From the NCBI GenBank assembly GCA_028705995.1, contig JAQWCH010000002.1, forward strand, positions 22,398 through 86,397: a DNA stretch of 64,000 nucleotides. The letters run 5' to 3'. The position numbers were made by a program, and so were the translations under genes. The notes beneath the pieces were generated by a model. The model was not told the origin of the DNA, did no database searches, and saw nothing but the letters and a program-made list of their open reading frames with translations. The stretch is from Bacilli bacterium (lineage in GTDB: Bacteria; Bacillota_I; Bacilli_A; RFN20; CAG-826). Below, one piece after another: positions 40,383 through 50,758 of the stretch. Numbering within the stretch: the stretch's first letter is position 1; the number at the start of each line of letters is the position of its first letter.

Positions 40383-41921
40383 TTAACGCCGGCGCGGAAC
40401 CGGTGTGTAGATGAATTTGTTTTTATATTGTTCTTTACGATAGTAGCCAGATTCGACAAGATGATCCATTGATGTCCGAGCAGTTTCATAAGCACAATTA
40501 AGCGTTTTCTTAAATTGATCAATTGTGTAGAACTTACCAAGTGTACAATGCCGGGCATAGAAATAAGCTTCACCTTTTTTCAGTGTTGGATCCATTTCAC
40601 GCAGGTGAATTTCGAGTTTAGCGGCATCGGCTTCATCGAGTCCGATTGGAAGTGCATCGACCGCGAGTTTTTGTTCATAGTTAATCGCAGCACCCGCTAA
40701 ACGTTGTTCACGTAATTCCGGAACTGGTTCTTTTCTTTCTTCACTTTCACTTGAAACTTCTTTAACAGGCGAAGACGGATTTTCGACTTCAACCTCTGCA
40801 GTTGGTGTAGATTTTTCTTTAATTTCTAGTTCTTGTTCAACCGCTATTTCTTTTTCTACTACCGGTTTAGAAACAGCACTAAAAAGTGGTTGTGGAGGAA
40901 TATCATTCGCCGGTTTTGCTGCTTCAACTTGATAATTTTCATCAATCAAAGCTTGTTTTTCGACTGTGAGAACTTGATCGAGCAATTCATCAATCGCACT
41001 ATTGAATAGAGCAAGTAAATCTAATAATAAATATGTAAAGTCCGCACTGCGTTTAACTTCATATGTAAGCATTTCCATCCGATCGGGATTGGTAATGAGT
41101 ATCTTTTCTAGATTTAATAAACTAGCAATTTGTTCAAAGTCATTACGCATTAAAACAGATTTTAATGTGAGCATTGCTAATTCTTCTGAATAGAACTCAA
41201 ATGGTTTTATGTAAGCAAAATAGAAATAGGCAAATAAAGCGCGGATAATGACCATGAGACCATCATTATTTACAAAACCGATTAAACTAGCCATCATGTC
41301 ATCAATACGGCTCACTGGGGCAGCAATATAAACGCGATCGACAAGCGCGCGTTGTGAAGGATCACGCACTTCTTTATTCCGGTAGAATTGTGTTAATTCA
41401 GCGCCACCATTCATGATTTCATAAAGAAAGCCGATGTAATCTTCATCAAGTGGAATGTCATGTTTTGTTTCAATATATTTAAGTGCATTAAAATAGTTGA
41501 CAAGCACCATTGTTTCAACCGCCGGGGCCGAAACATTACCGCGCACAACACTATGCAAAAAACTATCAGTTGGCGTCAGTTTATACCGCTTGGCTACTGA
41601 TTTTAAAGTTGCTTTGTATTGATTGTCACGCACAATAATCGCCGTGATGTCGTCGGGACTAAGCCGTGATAAACGCATCAGCGCTTTTGATAATTTGCGC
41701 TCCAACTGATTAATTTTTTCACTAATTGCAGGAGTAATGACGACACGATATGGTTCGTTATCAACCGTTTTTAAGCCAACTGGACGGGCAAAACGACTCC
41801 GATACTCTAAAATTTGGTTCCAAAAGGGATCAACCATCGTTGTTTGTGTCGCTTTGACGACTTCTTGCCGGGTTGCGTATGTATCGTCGCAAAAATCGGC
41901 GATTAATCTATTCTTATCCAT
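40383..41921 (-). CDS. Fic-like protein with degenerate catalytic motif and C-terminal wHTH
   Basis: YFAYIKPFEFYSEELA in place of HPFxDGNGR; helical Fic-like context (FYR..EV...AAP...I..MM..L..F); C-terminal YTI..F......YETARTSMDHLVE.G HTH. Confidence 0.6.
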   Translation of the reverse strand: MDKNRLIADFCDDTYATRQEVVKATQTTMVDPFWNQILEYRSRFARPVGLKTVDNEPYRVVITPAISEKINQLERKLSKALMRLSRLSPDDITAIIVRDNQYKATLKSVAKRYKLTPTDSFLHSVVRGNVSAPAVETMVLVNYFNALKYIETKHDIPLDEDYIGFLYEIMNGGAELTQFYRNKEVRDPSQRALVDRVYIAAPVSRIDDMMASLIGFVNNDGLMVIIRALFAYFYFAYIKPFEFYSEELAMLTLKSVLMRNDFEQIASLLNLEKILITNPDRMEMLTYEVKRSADFTYLLLDLLALFNSAIDELLDQVLTVEKQALIDENYQVEAAKPANDIPPQPLFSAVSKPVVEKEIAVEQELEIKEKSTPTAEVEVENPSSPVKEVSSESEERKEPVPELREQRLAGAAINYEQKLAVDALPIGLDEADAAKLEIHLREMDPTLKKGEAYFYARHCTLGKFYTIDQFKKTLNCAYETARTSMDHLVESGYYRKEQYKNKFIYTPVPRRR

Positions 41922-42039
41922 AGCGTGTACCTCAAAATAAATATACCATCTCTTTTAATAAATGAAAAGCAAAAAACTAAAATATAACTAATTATCTACT
42001 AGATGAAAAAACGCCTATTCATCATGGTTTTAACGGTTT

Positions 42040-43848
42040 CTATTCTTCTTCAATTGAAAGCACACTCATAAAGGCTTCTTGCGGAATTTCAATACTACCG
42101 ACTGCTTTCATGCGCTTCTTACCAGCTTTTTGTTTTTCCAGCAGTTTGCGCTTACGCGAAATATCGCCACCATAGCATTTGGCTAAGACGTCTTTACGTA
42201 ACGCCTTAACATCAGCGCGGGCAATGATTTTTTTATTAATTGCTGCTTGAATTGGTACTTCAAACATCTGCGCTGGAATAATTGCCTTTAATTTGCGTAC
42301 TAAGGCGACACCACGATTATAAGCATGCGGTTGATAGACAATACTTGAAAGTGCATCAACAACTTCGCCATTGAGAAGAATATCCATTTTGATGAGTTTC
42401 CCCGGTCGATAGCAACTAAAAAGATAGTCAAACGAGGCATAGCCTTTTGTGTAACTTTTTAGTTTATCAAAGAAATTGTAAATTATTTCGGCGAGTGGAA
42501 GCTCATATTTTAATGTCATCCGTGTTTCATCAAAATAGTCTAAAGCTACGTAAATACCGCGTTTTTCTTCGCATAATTCCATCACCGAACCAACAAAGTC
42601 TTTGGGGACCATGATTGTCGCTTCGACATATGGTTCTTCGATTTGTTTGATTAATACAGGATCCATGATCTTCGCGGGATTATCGATTTTATGTAAAGCA
42701 CCATCGGTCGTTATAATGTGATAAACAACCGAGGGGGCTGTTAAAATTAAGTCTAAATTATATTCGCGTTCCAAGCGTTCTTGAACGATATCCATATGGA
42801 GCAAACCTAAAAAGCCACACCGGAATCCAAAGCCTAAGGCCTGGGAGGTTTCCGCTTCATAATGTAAGGAAGCATCAGATAAAACAAGTTTTTCTAACGC
42901 ATCACGTAAGTCTCCATAGCGATTACTATCAACAGGATATAGTCCACAATAGACCATTGGATTAATCTCGCGATATCCAGGTAATGGCGCGATTGCTGGA
43001 TTATTTTTTGTCGTAATCGTTTCGCCACTGTGGACATTCTTAATATCCTTAATCTGCGCACACAAATAGCCAACTTCACCAGCCACTAATTGACCGGTTG
43101 AAATTTCTTGTGGGGTTCGGATTCCAATCTCATTAACAAGGTATTCTTGCCCGTTACTCATCAAGCGAATTGTATCGCCAACTTTGACAACTCCTTCTTT
43201 GATGCGAATCATTACAACAACACCGCGATAAGAATCGTAGTATGAATCAAAAATTAATGCTTTTAGTGGGCTAAATTTATCACCTTGTGGCGATGGAATT
43301 TGTTCGACAATTGCTTCTAAGATATCCTCAACGTTAGCACCGGTCTTAGCGGAAACAGCAATTGCTTTATCGCCGTTTAAGCCGATTTTTTCTGTGATTT
43401 CTTTACGGGCAAAATCTAGATCAGCACTCGGCAAATCCATTTTATTAATCACGGGAATGATAAATAAATCATTATCGACTGCTAAATATGCGTTCGCGAG
43501 CGTTTGCGCTTCTACGCCTTGTGTCGCATCAACTAAAAGCAGCGCACCTTCGCATGCTGCTAAAGAACGCGATACTTCATAAGTAAAGTCGACATGCCCA
43601 GGAGTGTCAATTAAGTTAAAAAGATAATCTTCACCATTGTTCGCATGATAGGTTAAAGAAATCGCATTGAGTTTAATCGTGATTCCGCGTTCGCGTTCAA
43701 GATCCATATTATCGAGATATTGTTGTTTCATCTCGCGTTTTGTTACCGTACCAGTTAGTTCGATAATGCGATCAGCAAGTGTCGATTTTCCGTGATCAAT
43801 ATGGGCAATAATTGAAAAATTGCGGATATGATCTTGTTTGAATTCCAT
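42040..43848 (-). CDS. lepA: Elongation factor 4 (LepA)
   Basis: [58 protein letters not shown]. Confidence 0.98.
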   Translation of the reverse strand: MEFKQDHIRNFSIIAHIDHGKSTLADRIIELTGTVTKREMKQQYLDNMDLERERGITIKLNAISLTYHANNGEDYLFNLIDTPGHVDFTYEVSRSLAACEGALLLVDATQGVEAQTLANAYLAVDNDLFIIPVINKMDLPSADLDFARKEITEKIGLNGDKAIAVSAKTGANVEDILEAIVEQIPSPQGDKFSPLKALIFDSYYDSYRGVVVMIRIKEGVVKVGDTIRLMSNGQEYLVNEIGIRTPQEISTGQLVAGEVGYLCAQIKDIKNVHSGETITTKNNPAIAPLPGYREINPMVYCGLYPVDSNRYGDLRDALEKLVLSDASLHYEAETSQALGFGFRCGFLGLLHMDIVQERLEREYNLDLILTAPSVVYHIITTDGALHKIDNPAKIMDPVLIKQIEEPYVEATIMVPKDFVGSVMELCEEKRGIYVALDYFDETRMTLKYELPLAEIIYNFFDKLKSYTKGYASFDYLFSCYRPGKLIKMDILLNGEVVDALSSIVYQPHAYNRGVALVRKLKAIIPAQMFEVPIQAAINKKIIARADVKALRKDVLAKCYGGDISRKRKLLEKQKAGKKRMKAVGSIEIPQEAFMSVLSIEEE

Positions 43849-43929
43849 AATCGACACCTCCTTATTTATAATTCGCTTAATTATAGCAAAAAGTGCTGTT
43901 CAAAAATAATATTATCGTAGTTCTTTTAT

Positions 43930-46293
43930 TTAGCTCCGCCGACTAGTCCAAAATTGACCAACAAGTGTGGCAATGTCTTCAACAGATGTAACTACTTCAT
44001 AGTTATCCCATTCACGTTTAAATAAGTCGCGATATTGCCGACGAAGATAACGATCATCAATCAAGAGGACTACGCCGTGATCTTGCTCAGAACGAATTAC
44101 ACGGCCAACCGCCTGCATTACACGGTTCATGCCCGGATTTGTGTAACTATAATCGAAACCATTTAAACCATGGTCGTCATAATAAGAGCGAATTAAATCT
44201 CGTTCAAATGATATTTGTGGTAACCCAATGCCGACAATAACCGCGCCAATCAATCGGTCATCACGCAAATCAATACCTTCAGAAAAAGCGCCACCGAGAA
44301 CAGCAAGTCCAAGCATTGTTTTTGTTGGCTGGAGTCTAAAATTCATTAAAAAGGCTTCTTTTTCTTCGTTTTTCATATCAGAAGTCTGGACAATCATCGC
44401 AAAATCATGTTTTTTACTTAAATCCCAAAGATAGCTTTCCACCGCCATCAAATAACGATATGATGGGAAAAATATTAGATAATTGCCAACTGCTCCAAGA
44501 ATAATGCTCTCAATATAATCGGCTACTTCACCATACGTATCATCGCGCTTTTTAAATGTTGTCGCAATTGTCGGAGCAATCATCAAAAGCCGATTTTCTA
44601 CTGGAAAAGGATTCGGCAGTAAAAGAATCGGATCGTTGGACATTCCCCCAAGTAATTTAACGTAATAATCGATTGGTGAAAGCGTTGCCGAGAAGAGAAT
44701 ACGACTGCGAATTTTAAGTAGATTACGCCGGACATGTTGGCTGGGATCAAGATTAAAAAGGTGAATCTCAATATCTTTTTCCTGAGGATGACTTATATAC
44801 GTTATGTAGGTTTCATCAACAAAATCAAGCATTTTGAGCAAACGATTTACCTTGAAGAAAAAATCAATAAATGCATCGCTAATCGACTGCGAGAAATTGC
44901 GCATTACCTCTTGGCCAGCGAGGATGAAGTCATTTAAATGACGAATCATAATCGGCAAAATACCTTCTATCACCGTTTCTTGTTCAGATGGGAAAGTTTT
45001 AAGCAATTGGGCAAAATCCTTATTTAGTAGGCGAAAAGCCTTTTTGATTTTTGGGTAATCAATGTTTCGCACATCTTTTTTTGCCGCTTGTAAAGATGAT
45101 AAAGATAAACTTGCACTATACATATCGCGTGCCCGCTCGACAAGATTATGCGCCTCATCAATTAACGCTACATAATTTGCGCCATCTTCATCAAAATAGC
45201 GCCGCATATAAACAAGCGGATCAAAAAGATAGTTGTAGTCGCAAATAATAATATCGGAATAAAGTGACAAATCCAACTCAAGTTCAAAAGGACAAATTGT
45301 ATATTTTTTGGCGTATTTTTGGATGATTTCCGGAGTAAACACATCTTCTTTAAGCACCATTTCTGTTAGCACATCACGGATTTTACTATAGTAATCTTTG
45401 GCAAATGGACATTCATCTGGATTACATGCTGTGCCCGGATGCGGACAAATTTTATCTTTAGCGGTAATAACAATCGGCGTAGCCTCTAATCCTTGCTCTT
45501 TTAGAAGTAAAACGGCGGAAAATGCTGCTTCTTGACCGCTTGTTTTTGCTGTTAAATAGAAAATTTTATCTGTTTGATCAACGGAAAATGTTTGAACTGC
45601 AGGATAAAGTGTTGACATCGTTTTACCAATACCCGTCGGGGCTTCAACATAAAGCGAACCACCTTGTTTTAAGGTTGCAAAAGCATAACGTGCGAGTTTT
45701 TTTTGTCCACTACGAAAACTTGAATATGGGAAATGTAGTTTTTTCACCGAAGAGTCGCGTTTAAGTTGACGTTTGTAAATAATGTTGAAAAAGTTTAAGT
45801 ATAGCGCGATTAATCTGTGAATTTCGGCATCGAGTTCATCACGTGAAAAGCGATAATCTTTGACGAGTTTTTGTTGATTGCTTTGATGTAAATAAGTAAG
45901 TCGAACACCGATATCATCTAAATCTTGTTCTAAAGCGTACATTAAGGCATAACATTTCGCTTGGCCTAGATGCCATGTTTCATTTTCTTTAAAGAAATCA
46001 TTTACATCAATTACTGTTGACTTTATTTCATCGATAATAAAATAATCATACGCCCCGATTATACCATCGGCTCGACCTTGTAAAGTAACGAGAAAATTAT
46101 CGACTTCAAATGTGTGTTCAAGCGGATATTCACTAAGATATTGTGTTGTTTGTTTCTTTTGATATAAAGCGTGTAGGCGCGTTCCTTCGCTCATCGAAGC
46201 TTTGTTAAAAACTCTTGTATCTATGCTCCCTGTACGAAGCAAAAAATCTACAAGATTATGAACAGATAAACGCAGCTTAATTAATTCGCTCAT
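43930..46293 (-). CDS. DinG/XPD-family Fe-S helicase with N-terminal PD-(D/E)XK (Cas4/RecB-like) nuclease domain
   Basis: G..LH...GRADG...DEIKS...Q..CYA; APTGIGKT; four Cys (IC...C...C...CPF); DEAH; SATL; FFPSY; SEGID; QAVGRVIR. Confidence 0.85.
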   Translation of the reverse strand: MSELIKLRLSVHNLVDFLLRTGSIDTRVFNKASMSEGTRLHALYQKKQTTQYLSEYPLEHTFEVDNFLVTLQGRADGIIGAYDYFIIDEIKSTVIDVNDFFKENETWHLGQAKCYALMYALEQDLDDIGVRLTYLHQSNQQKLVKDYRFSRDELDAEIHRLIALYLNFFNIIYKRQLKRDSSVKKLHFPYSSFRSGQKKLARYAFATLKQGGSLYVEAPTGIGKTMSTLYPAVQTFSVDQTDKIFYLTAKTSGQEAAFSAVLLLKEQGLEATPIVITAKDKICPHPGTACNPDECPFAKDYYSKIRDVLTEMVLKEDVFTPEIIQKYAKKYTICPFELELDLSLYSDIIICDYNYLFDPLVYMRRYFDEDGANYVALIDEAHNLVERARDMYSASLSLSSLQAAKKDVRNIDYPKIKKAFRLLNKDFAQLLKTFPSEQETVIEGILPIMIRHLNDFILAGQEVMRNFSQSISDAFIDFFFKVNRLLKMLDFVDETYITYISHPQEKDIEIHLFNLDPSQHVRRNLLKIRSRILFSATLSPIDYYVKLLGGMSNDPILLLPNPFPVENRLLMIAPTIATTFKKRDDTYGEVADYIESIILGAVGNYLIFFPSYRYLMAVESYLWDLSKKHDFAMIVQTSDMKNEEKEAFLMNFRLQPTKTMLGLAVLGGAFSEGIDLRDDRLIGAVIVGIGLPQISFERDLIRSYYDDHGLNGFDYSYTNPGMNRVMQAVGRVIRSEQDHGVVLLIDDRYLRRQYRDLFKREWDNYEVVTSVEDIATLVGQFWTSRRS

Positions 46294-46339
46294 ATTACTA
46301 TCTACTAGTTATATACTTTATAAAAACTATAAATATACT

Positions 46340-47275
46340 TTATAGCCAAATTTCACCTTCTAAGCCTTGTCTACCATTAACAAATTCTTTGCTTGTCATT
46401 GGGCGTTTACCGGCCATTTGTAAACGTTTAATTTCTAATTGTCCATCACTTACTTGGATAAATAGACCATTTTTATTCGCTTGAATAATTGTCCCAATTG
46501 GTGCTTCTACTTGATCGTTAATAGCTTCAACTTCGAGCATCTTGATGATTTGATCTTTCCAAAGTAAATACGCACCTGGTTCTTCGCTAAGCGCGCGTAC
46601 CCATCCGATAATCTTGCTTTTTGGTTGACGAATATCAAGGTGTTCTTGTTCCCTTTTTATTAACCCGGCAAAAGTTACCTCATCTTCGTTTTGAGCAATT
46701 CCTGGTAATTTTTCATCAAGATATAATGGTAGCGACTCTAAAAGTAAGTGGAGCGCGGCTACTTTCATTTTTTCAGCCAGTGATGTGAAATTATCCTTAT
46801 CGTCGATTGTTATTTCTTTTTTCGCATACATGAGCCCGGCATCCATTTTATCAATCATTTGCATTAATGTGATTCCCGTCACTTTATCATCGTTAATAAG
46901 CGCCATTTGCATTGGTGAAGCACCACGATACTGCGGTAAAAGAGAGCCGTGTAAGTTTAATGCGCCTAAGTGTGGTATATCAAGTAATCCTTGAGGAATG
47001 ATTTGTCCGTAAGCAAAGCAAATTATTAAGTCAGGCTGAAGTTCTTGGGCAAATTGATAATCCAATCGTACTTTTGCCGGTTGAAATACAGGAATATTAT
47101 GTTTAAGGGCAACTTTTTTAGTTGGAACTTCTTCTAATATGCGCTTGCGTCCAACTTCCTTGTCCGGTTGAGCTAGCACACCAACAACGTTATATCCCGC
47201 GCTTATTAAGCCTTCAAGCACAAAAGATGAGATTCCGGGAGTTCCTAAATATAGAATTCGTGGATATTCATGCAT
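46340..47275 (-). CDS. fmt: Methionyl-tRNA formyltransferase
   Basis: GTP, QPDKEVGR, AYGQI, NLHGSLLPQYRGASP, MDAG. Confidence 0.95.
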   Translation of the reverse strand: MHEYPRILYLGTPGISSFVLEGLISAGYNVVGVLAQPDKEVGRKRILEEVPTKKVALKHNIPVFQPAKVRLDYQFAQELQPDLIICFAYGQIIPQGLLDIPHLGALNLHGSLLPQYRGASPMQMALINDDKVTGITLMQMIDKMDAGLMYAKKEITIDDKDNFTSLAEKMKVAALHLLLESLPLYLDEKLPGIAQNEDEVTFAGLIKREQEHLDIRQPKSKIIGWVRALSEEPGAYLLWKDQIIKMLEVEAINDQVEAPIGTIIQANKNGLFIQVSDGQLEIKRLQMAGKRPMTSKEFVNGRQGLEGEIWL

Positions 47276-47353
47276 CGATTATTAGCCTCTTTTCGTAATT
47301 ATTTTGCTTTAATATTATACCGCATTATCACTTAATCCGGGCTCCAAACATGA

Positions 47354-47378
47354 AAAAATACGTTTTCGTAACGTATTT
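47354..47378 (-). terminator. Terminator of the sugar cluster
   Basis: AAATACGTT-ttcgt-AACGTATTT with a + strand A-run. Confidence 0.65.
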
Positions 47379-47395
47379 ATTATAAAAAAGTATTA

Positions 47396-48511
47396 TTACT
47401 TCACAAAATAATCTTTAATGACATCCGCCAATAAATGATAATCACGATTGGGTATAATTGAAATCGCACCATTTTCGACTAATTCGCTTGCGTAATTACT
47501 ATCACGATCAACACAAGCGATAACTGGTTGACCTGCTTGCTTAATCATCGCGGTTTTCAAAGGACAGGCTGTATAAATAACGCCCGGTAGCAAAGAAATA
47601 AAGTTGACATCGGCAGCTTTATATAAATATGCTGATTCTTCGTTTGTTGTCATTGGATAAAATTCGCAATTTTGTAAATTTAGTTCGGCAATCTTGGCTT
47701 TGATTCTAATCGCTTGAGATCCTTCACCAATAATTTTAAACGCAATATGATTCTCATCCTGTAAAATACGAGCGGCCGCTAACAGGACATCCAAATCTTG
47801 TAAATATCCAATGTTGCCCGCATATAGAATTGTTTTTTTGTCATTTTCAAAATGATATTTTTGTTTAATTAACTGCATTTTTTGATCATCATAACGCGAT
47901 ATTTGAAAAGTCGGTGGATTCGCTCTTACATGAATTTTCTTACTAAAATCACCTTTGTTTGCTAATGTTAAACGCATATCTTCGGAAATCGTATAGATAT
48001 CATCCGCGCGTTGCATAATCTTTTTTTGATAATTATTGACGAACTTATAAATAAATGGACGATGAGAAAAGATATTATCTGGATAAATATCTTGGATATC
48101 ATATATGATTTTTATCCCACGTTTTTTGGCAATTTTGCTTGCCCAATAAGCATAAAAAATAGGTGGACTTGTTTGAATAAAAATTTCATCAGACGGTATT
48201 TTTTTTAACTTTTGCGCACAGCGATAAGAGACCGATAAATAGCGGTGCAAAAGATTAAATTTATTAAAATGATAATAAGTAAAACAATTTACACGATATA
48301 CATGTAGGTTTGTCCGTAGATGTTCATACTTGATATGGCGATACTTATTAATTTGCTCTTTACTGACGCCGCGGGTTGGATTTGGCGTAATGATATTAAC
48401 GCGCATTCCCTTAGTCAAGCACTCATCAATATGCTTTTGATAAATAAAATTAACAGTTGGTTCTTCTGGAAGATAATACATTAGCAAAAAAGTGATTGTC
48501 TTCATGTGCAA
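47396..48511 (-). CDS. GT4 glycosyltransferase (WbuB/Cap5L-like)
   Basis: YYLPE, TSPP, YDIQDIYPD, ILYAGNIG..QDLD, IIGEG. Confidence 0.8.
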   Translation of the reverse strand: MHMKTITFLLMYYLPEEPTVNFIYQKHIDECLTKGMRVNIITPNPTRGVSKEQINKYRHIKYEHLRTNLHVYRVNCFTYYHFNKFNLLHRYLSVSYRCAQKLKKIPSDEIFIQTSPPIFYAYWASKIAKKRGIKIIYDIQDIYPDNIFSHRPFIYKFVNNYQKKIMQRADDIYTISEDMRLTLANKGDFSKKIHVRANPPTFQISRYDDQKMQLIKQKYHFENDKKTILYAGNIGYLQDLDVLLAAARILQDENHIAFKIIGEGSQAIRIKAKIAELNLQNCEFYPMTTNEESAYLYKAADVNFISLLPGVIYTACPLKTAMIKQAGQPVIACVDRDSNYASELVENGAISIIPNRDYHLLADVIKDYFVK

Positions 48512-48537
48512 TTAAACCACCTTTCTTCTAATCGTTT

Positions 48538-49551
48538 TTATTTAAAAAGGTTGAGCTTTTTAAGTAGTGTTTGCATGCCGGCAACATCTAAACGTTTAGT
48601 ATTGTGCGAGTGATAAGGCTCACCCTTATCAAATAAAGTCGTGCCTGTATCAATGTATTTACCATAGTTTAAGTCGCGATTATCGCTCGGAATACGGAAA
48701 AAATCATTTTCATCAATCGCTTTAACCATTTCTTCCGAAGTCACAAGCACTTCATAGAGTTTTTCTCCATGGCGCGTACCAATGTAGGCTTTACCAACTT
48801 GACTACCAGTTAATCCTAAAACGGCGTCCGCTAACGTATCAATTGTCGCGGCGGGGGCTTTTTGAACAAACAAATCACCTTGTTGACCATTAGCAAAAGC
48901 ATAAAGCACAAGATCGACAGCATCTTCTAATGTCATCATAAATCTCGTCATATCAGGATTGGTAATTGTGATTGGTTTGCCCTGTTTAATTTGCTCAAGA
49001 AAGAGCGGAATCACGCTACCACGGCTCGCCATCACGTTACCATAGCGGGTTAAACATAAAACAGTATCGCCAGGAAGCATTTGCCGGGAGCGGGCGATGA
49101 CATTTTTTTCCATCAAGGCTTTGGACATACCCATTGCATTAATTGGATAAGCTGCTTTATCGGTCGATAAGAAGATTGCTTTTTTTACACCATTTTGTAG
49201 ACATGCTGAAATGACGTTGTCACTACCAATAATATTCGTTTTAACTGCTTCAATTGGATAAAATTCACACGATGGAACTTGTTTTAAAGCAGCGGCACTA
49301 AATACAAAATCAACACCGCGAAATGCGCCAGCCATTGAGTTATAATCCCGCACATCGCCAATGTAAAACTTTAACTTCTCATTATTATATGCTTTGCGCA
49401 TGTCATCTTGCTTTTTTTCATCGCGCGATAAAATACGAATCTCTTTGATGTTTGTTTTCAAAAATCGATCCACCACAGCGTGGCCAAATGAACCAGTACC
49501 ACCCGTTACTAAAAGCACTTTACCATCAAACATTTTTTCGTCAAAAGTCAT
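48538..49551 (-). CDS. fnlA: UDP-GlcNAc 4,6-dehydratase/epimerase (FnlA/Cap5E/WbjB)
   Basis: TGGTGSFG, SRDEKKQDDMR, AAALKQVPSCEF, STDKAAYPINAMG.SK, RYGNVMASRGSVIPLF, RHGEKLYE. Confidence 0.9.
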   Translation of the reverse strand: MTFDEKMFDGKVLLVTGGTGSFGHAVVDRFLKTNIKEIRILSRDEKKQDDMRKAYNNEKLKFYIGDVRDYNSMAGAFRGVDFVFSAAALKQVPSCEFYPIEAVKTNIIGSDNVISACLQNGVKKAIFLSTDKAAYPINAMGMSKALMEKNVIARSRQMLPGDTVLCLTRYGNVMASRGSVIPLFLEQIKQGKPITITNPDMTRFMMTLEDAVDLVLYAFANGQQGDLFVQKAPAATIDTLADAVLGLTGSQVGKAYIGTRHGEKLYEVLVTSEEMVKAIDENDFFRIPSDNRDLNYGKYIDTGTTLFDKGEPYHSHNTKRLDVAGMQTLLKKLNLFK

Positions 49552-49561
49552 AGTTGTTCTC

Positions 49562-50692
49562 CTACTTTTTTAACCAAACAGTTGTATTTACTATTTCGGT
49601 ATAACTTTGAATAATTTTTATTACTTTTGTTGCGACATCCGGTGCATGATAATCTTTCGCCATCAGTGGTACGCCTTCTTGTTTAAACATATTTACGGCA
49701 AGCTCAAGTGCTTGCTCAACATCTTGCGTTTTTACGCCACCGATGACGATGGTGCCCGCATCAAGGGCCTCAGGGCGTTCAGTTGATGTACGGATGAGAA
49801 CAGCAGGGAATCCCAATATCGCCGATTCTTCAGAAAGCGTCCCGCTATCGCTAAGCACACAATAAGCATTTTTTTGAAGTTTACAATAATCAAATAGGCC
49901 AAATGGCAGTAATGGTCGCACTAATGGGTGAAATTTGAATTTGCGCTTTTCAATCCATTTTTTTGAACGAGGATGCATCGAATAAATAATTGGCATTTGA
50001 TAATGTTCAGCAATATTATTAATTGCTTGCATTAAATTCATGAATTTATCTTCTAAATCAATATTTTCTTCGCGGTGTGCACTAAGAAGAATATAGTTTT
50101 TTGCTTCGAGATTTAATTTATCCAATACTGCGCTTTTTTCAATTGCTTCAGCATTATCATGTAGCACTTCGTACATCGGTGAACCAGTCACGAAAATTGT
50201 TTTGCCATCAAGACCTTCTTCAAGTAAATAGCGGCGACTATTTTCCGTATAAGGCAGATTAACATCACTAATGTGATCGACGATCTTACGATTAATCATC
50301 TCGGATACATTCCAGTCCCAACACCGATTGCCAGCTTCCATATGGAAGATTGGGCATTTTAATCTTTTTGCACTAATTGCCGAAAGCGCGCTATTGGTAT
50401 CTCCGAGAACGAGAATAGCATCCGGTTTTTCTTTTTCGATTACCGCATAACTTTTGGCAATGATGGCCCCCATCGTTTCACCAAGATCTTTGCCTACGGC
50501 GTTCAAATAATAATCTGGTGCGCGTAATCCAAGTTCTTGAAAGAATATTTCATTTAGCGTGTAATCATAATTTTGTCCCGTATGCACCAAAACATGGCGA
50601 AAATATTGATCGGCCTTTTTTATCACGGCAGATAAACGAATAATTTCCGGTCGGGTGCCGATAATTGTCATCAATTTGAGTTTTTCCATCAT
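49562..50692 (-). CDS. fnlC: Non-hydrolysing UDP-sugar 2-epimerase (FnlC/Cap5G/WbjD)
   Basis: GTRPEIIRLS, HTGQNYD, LGDTNS, HMEAGNRC, SAHREEN, SDSGT..EE, ERPE. Confidence 0.87.
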   Translation of the reverse strand: MMEKLKLMTIIGTRPEIIRLSAVIKKADQYFRHVLVHTGQNYDYTLNEIFFQELGLRAPDYYLNAVGKDLGETMGAIIAKSYAVIEKEKPDAILVLGDTNSALSAISAKRLKCPIFHMEAGNRCWDWNVSEMINRKIVDHISDVNLPYTENSRRYLLEEGLDGKTIFVTGSPMYEVLHDNAEAIEKSAVLDKLNLEAKNYILLSAHREENIDLEDKFMNLMQAINNIAEHYQMPIIYSMHPRSKKWIEKRKFKFHPLVRPLLPFGLFDYCKLQKNAYCVLSDSGTLSEESAILGFPAVLIRTSTERPEALDAGTIVIGGVKTQDVEQALELAVNMFKQEGVPLMAKDYHAPDVATKVIKIIQSYTEIVNTTVWLKK

Positions 50693-50758
50693 TGATTCCT
50701 CATGTTCATGATTATACGCTTTATTATACTTGATATTTACTAGTTATCGAAAGGTAAT

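Noticed and set aside
45900..46293. Cas4-like domain as evidence of CRISPR-Cas
   Set aside because: No repeat-spacer array or other cas genes; the domain is fused to a DinG-family helicase
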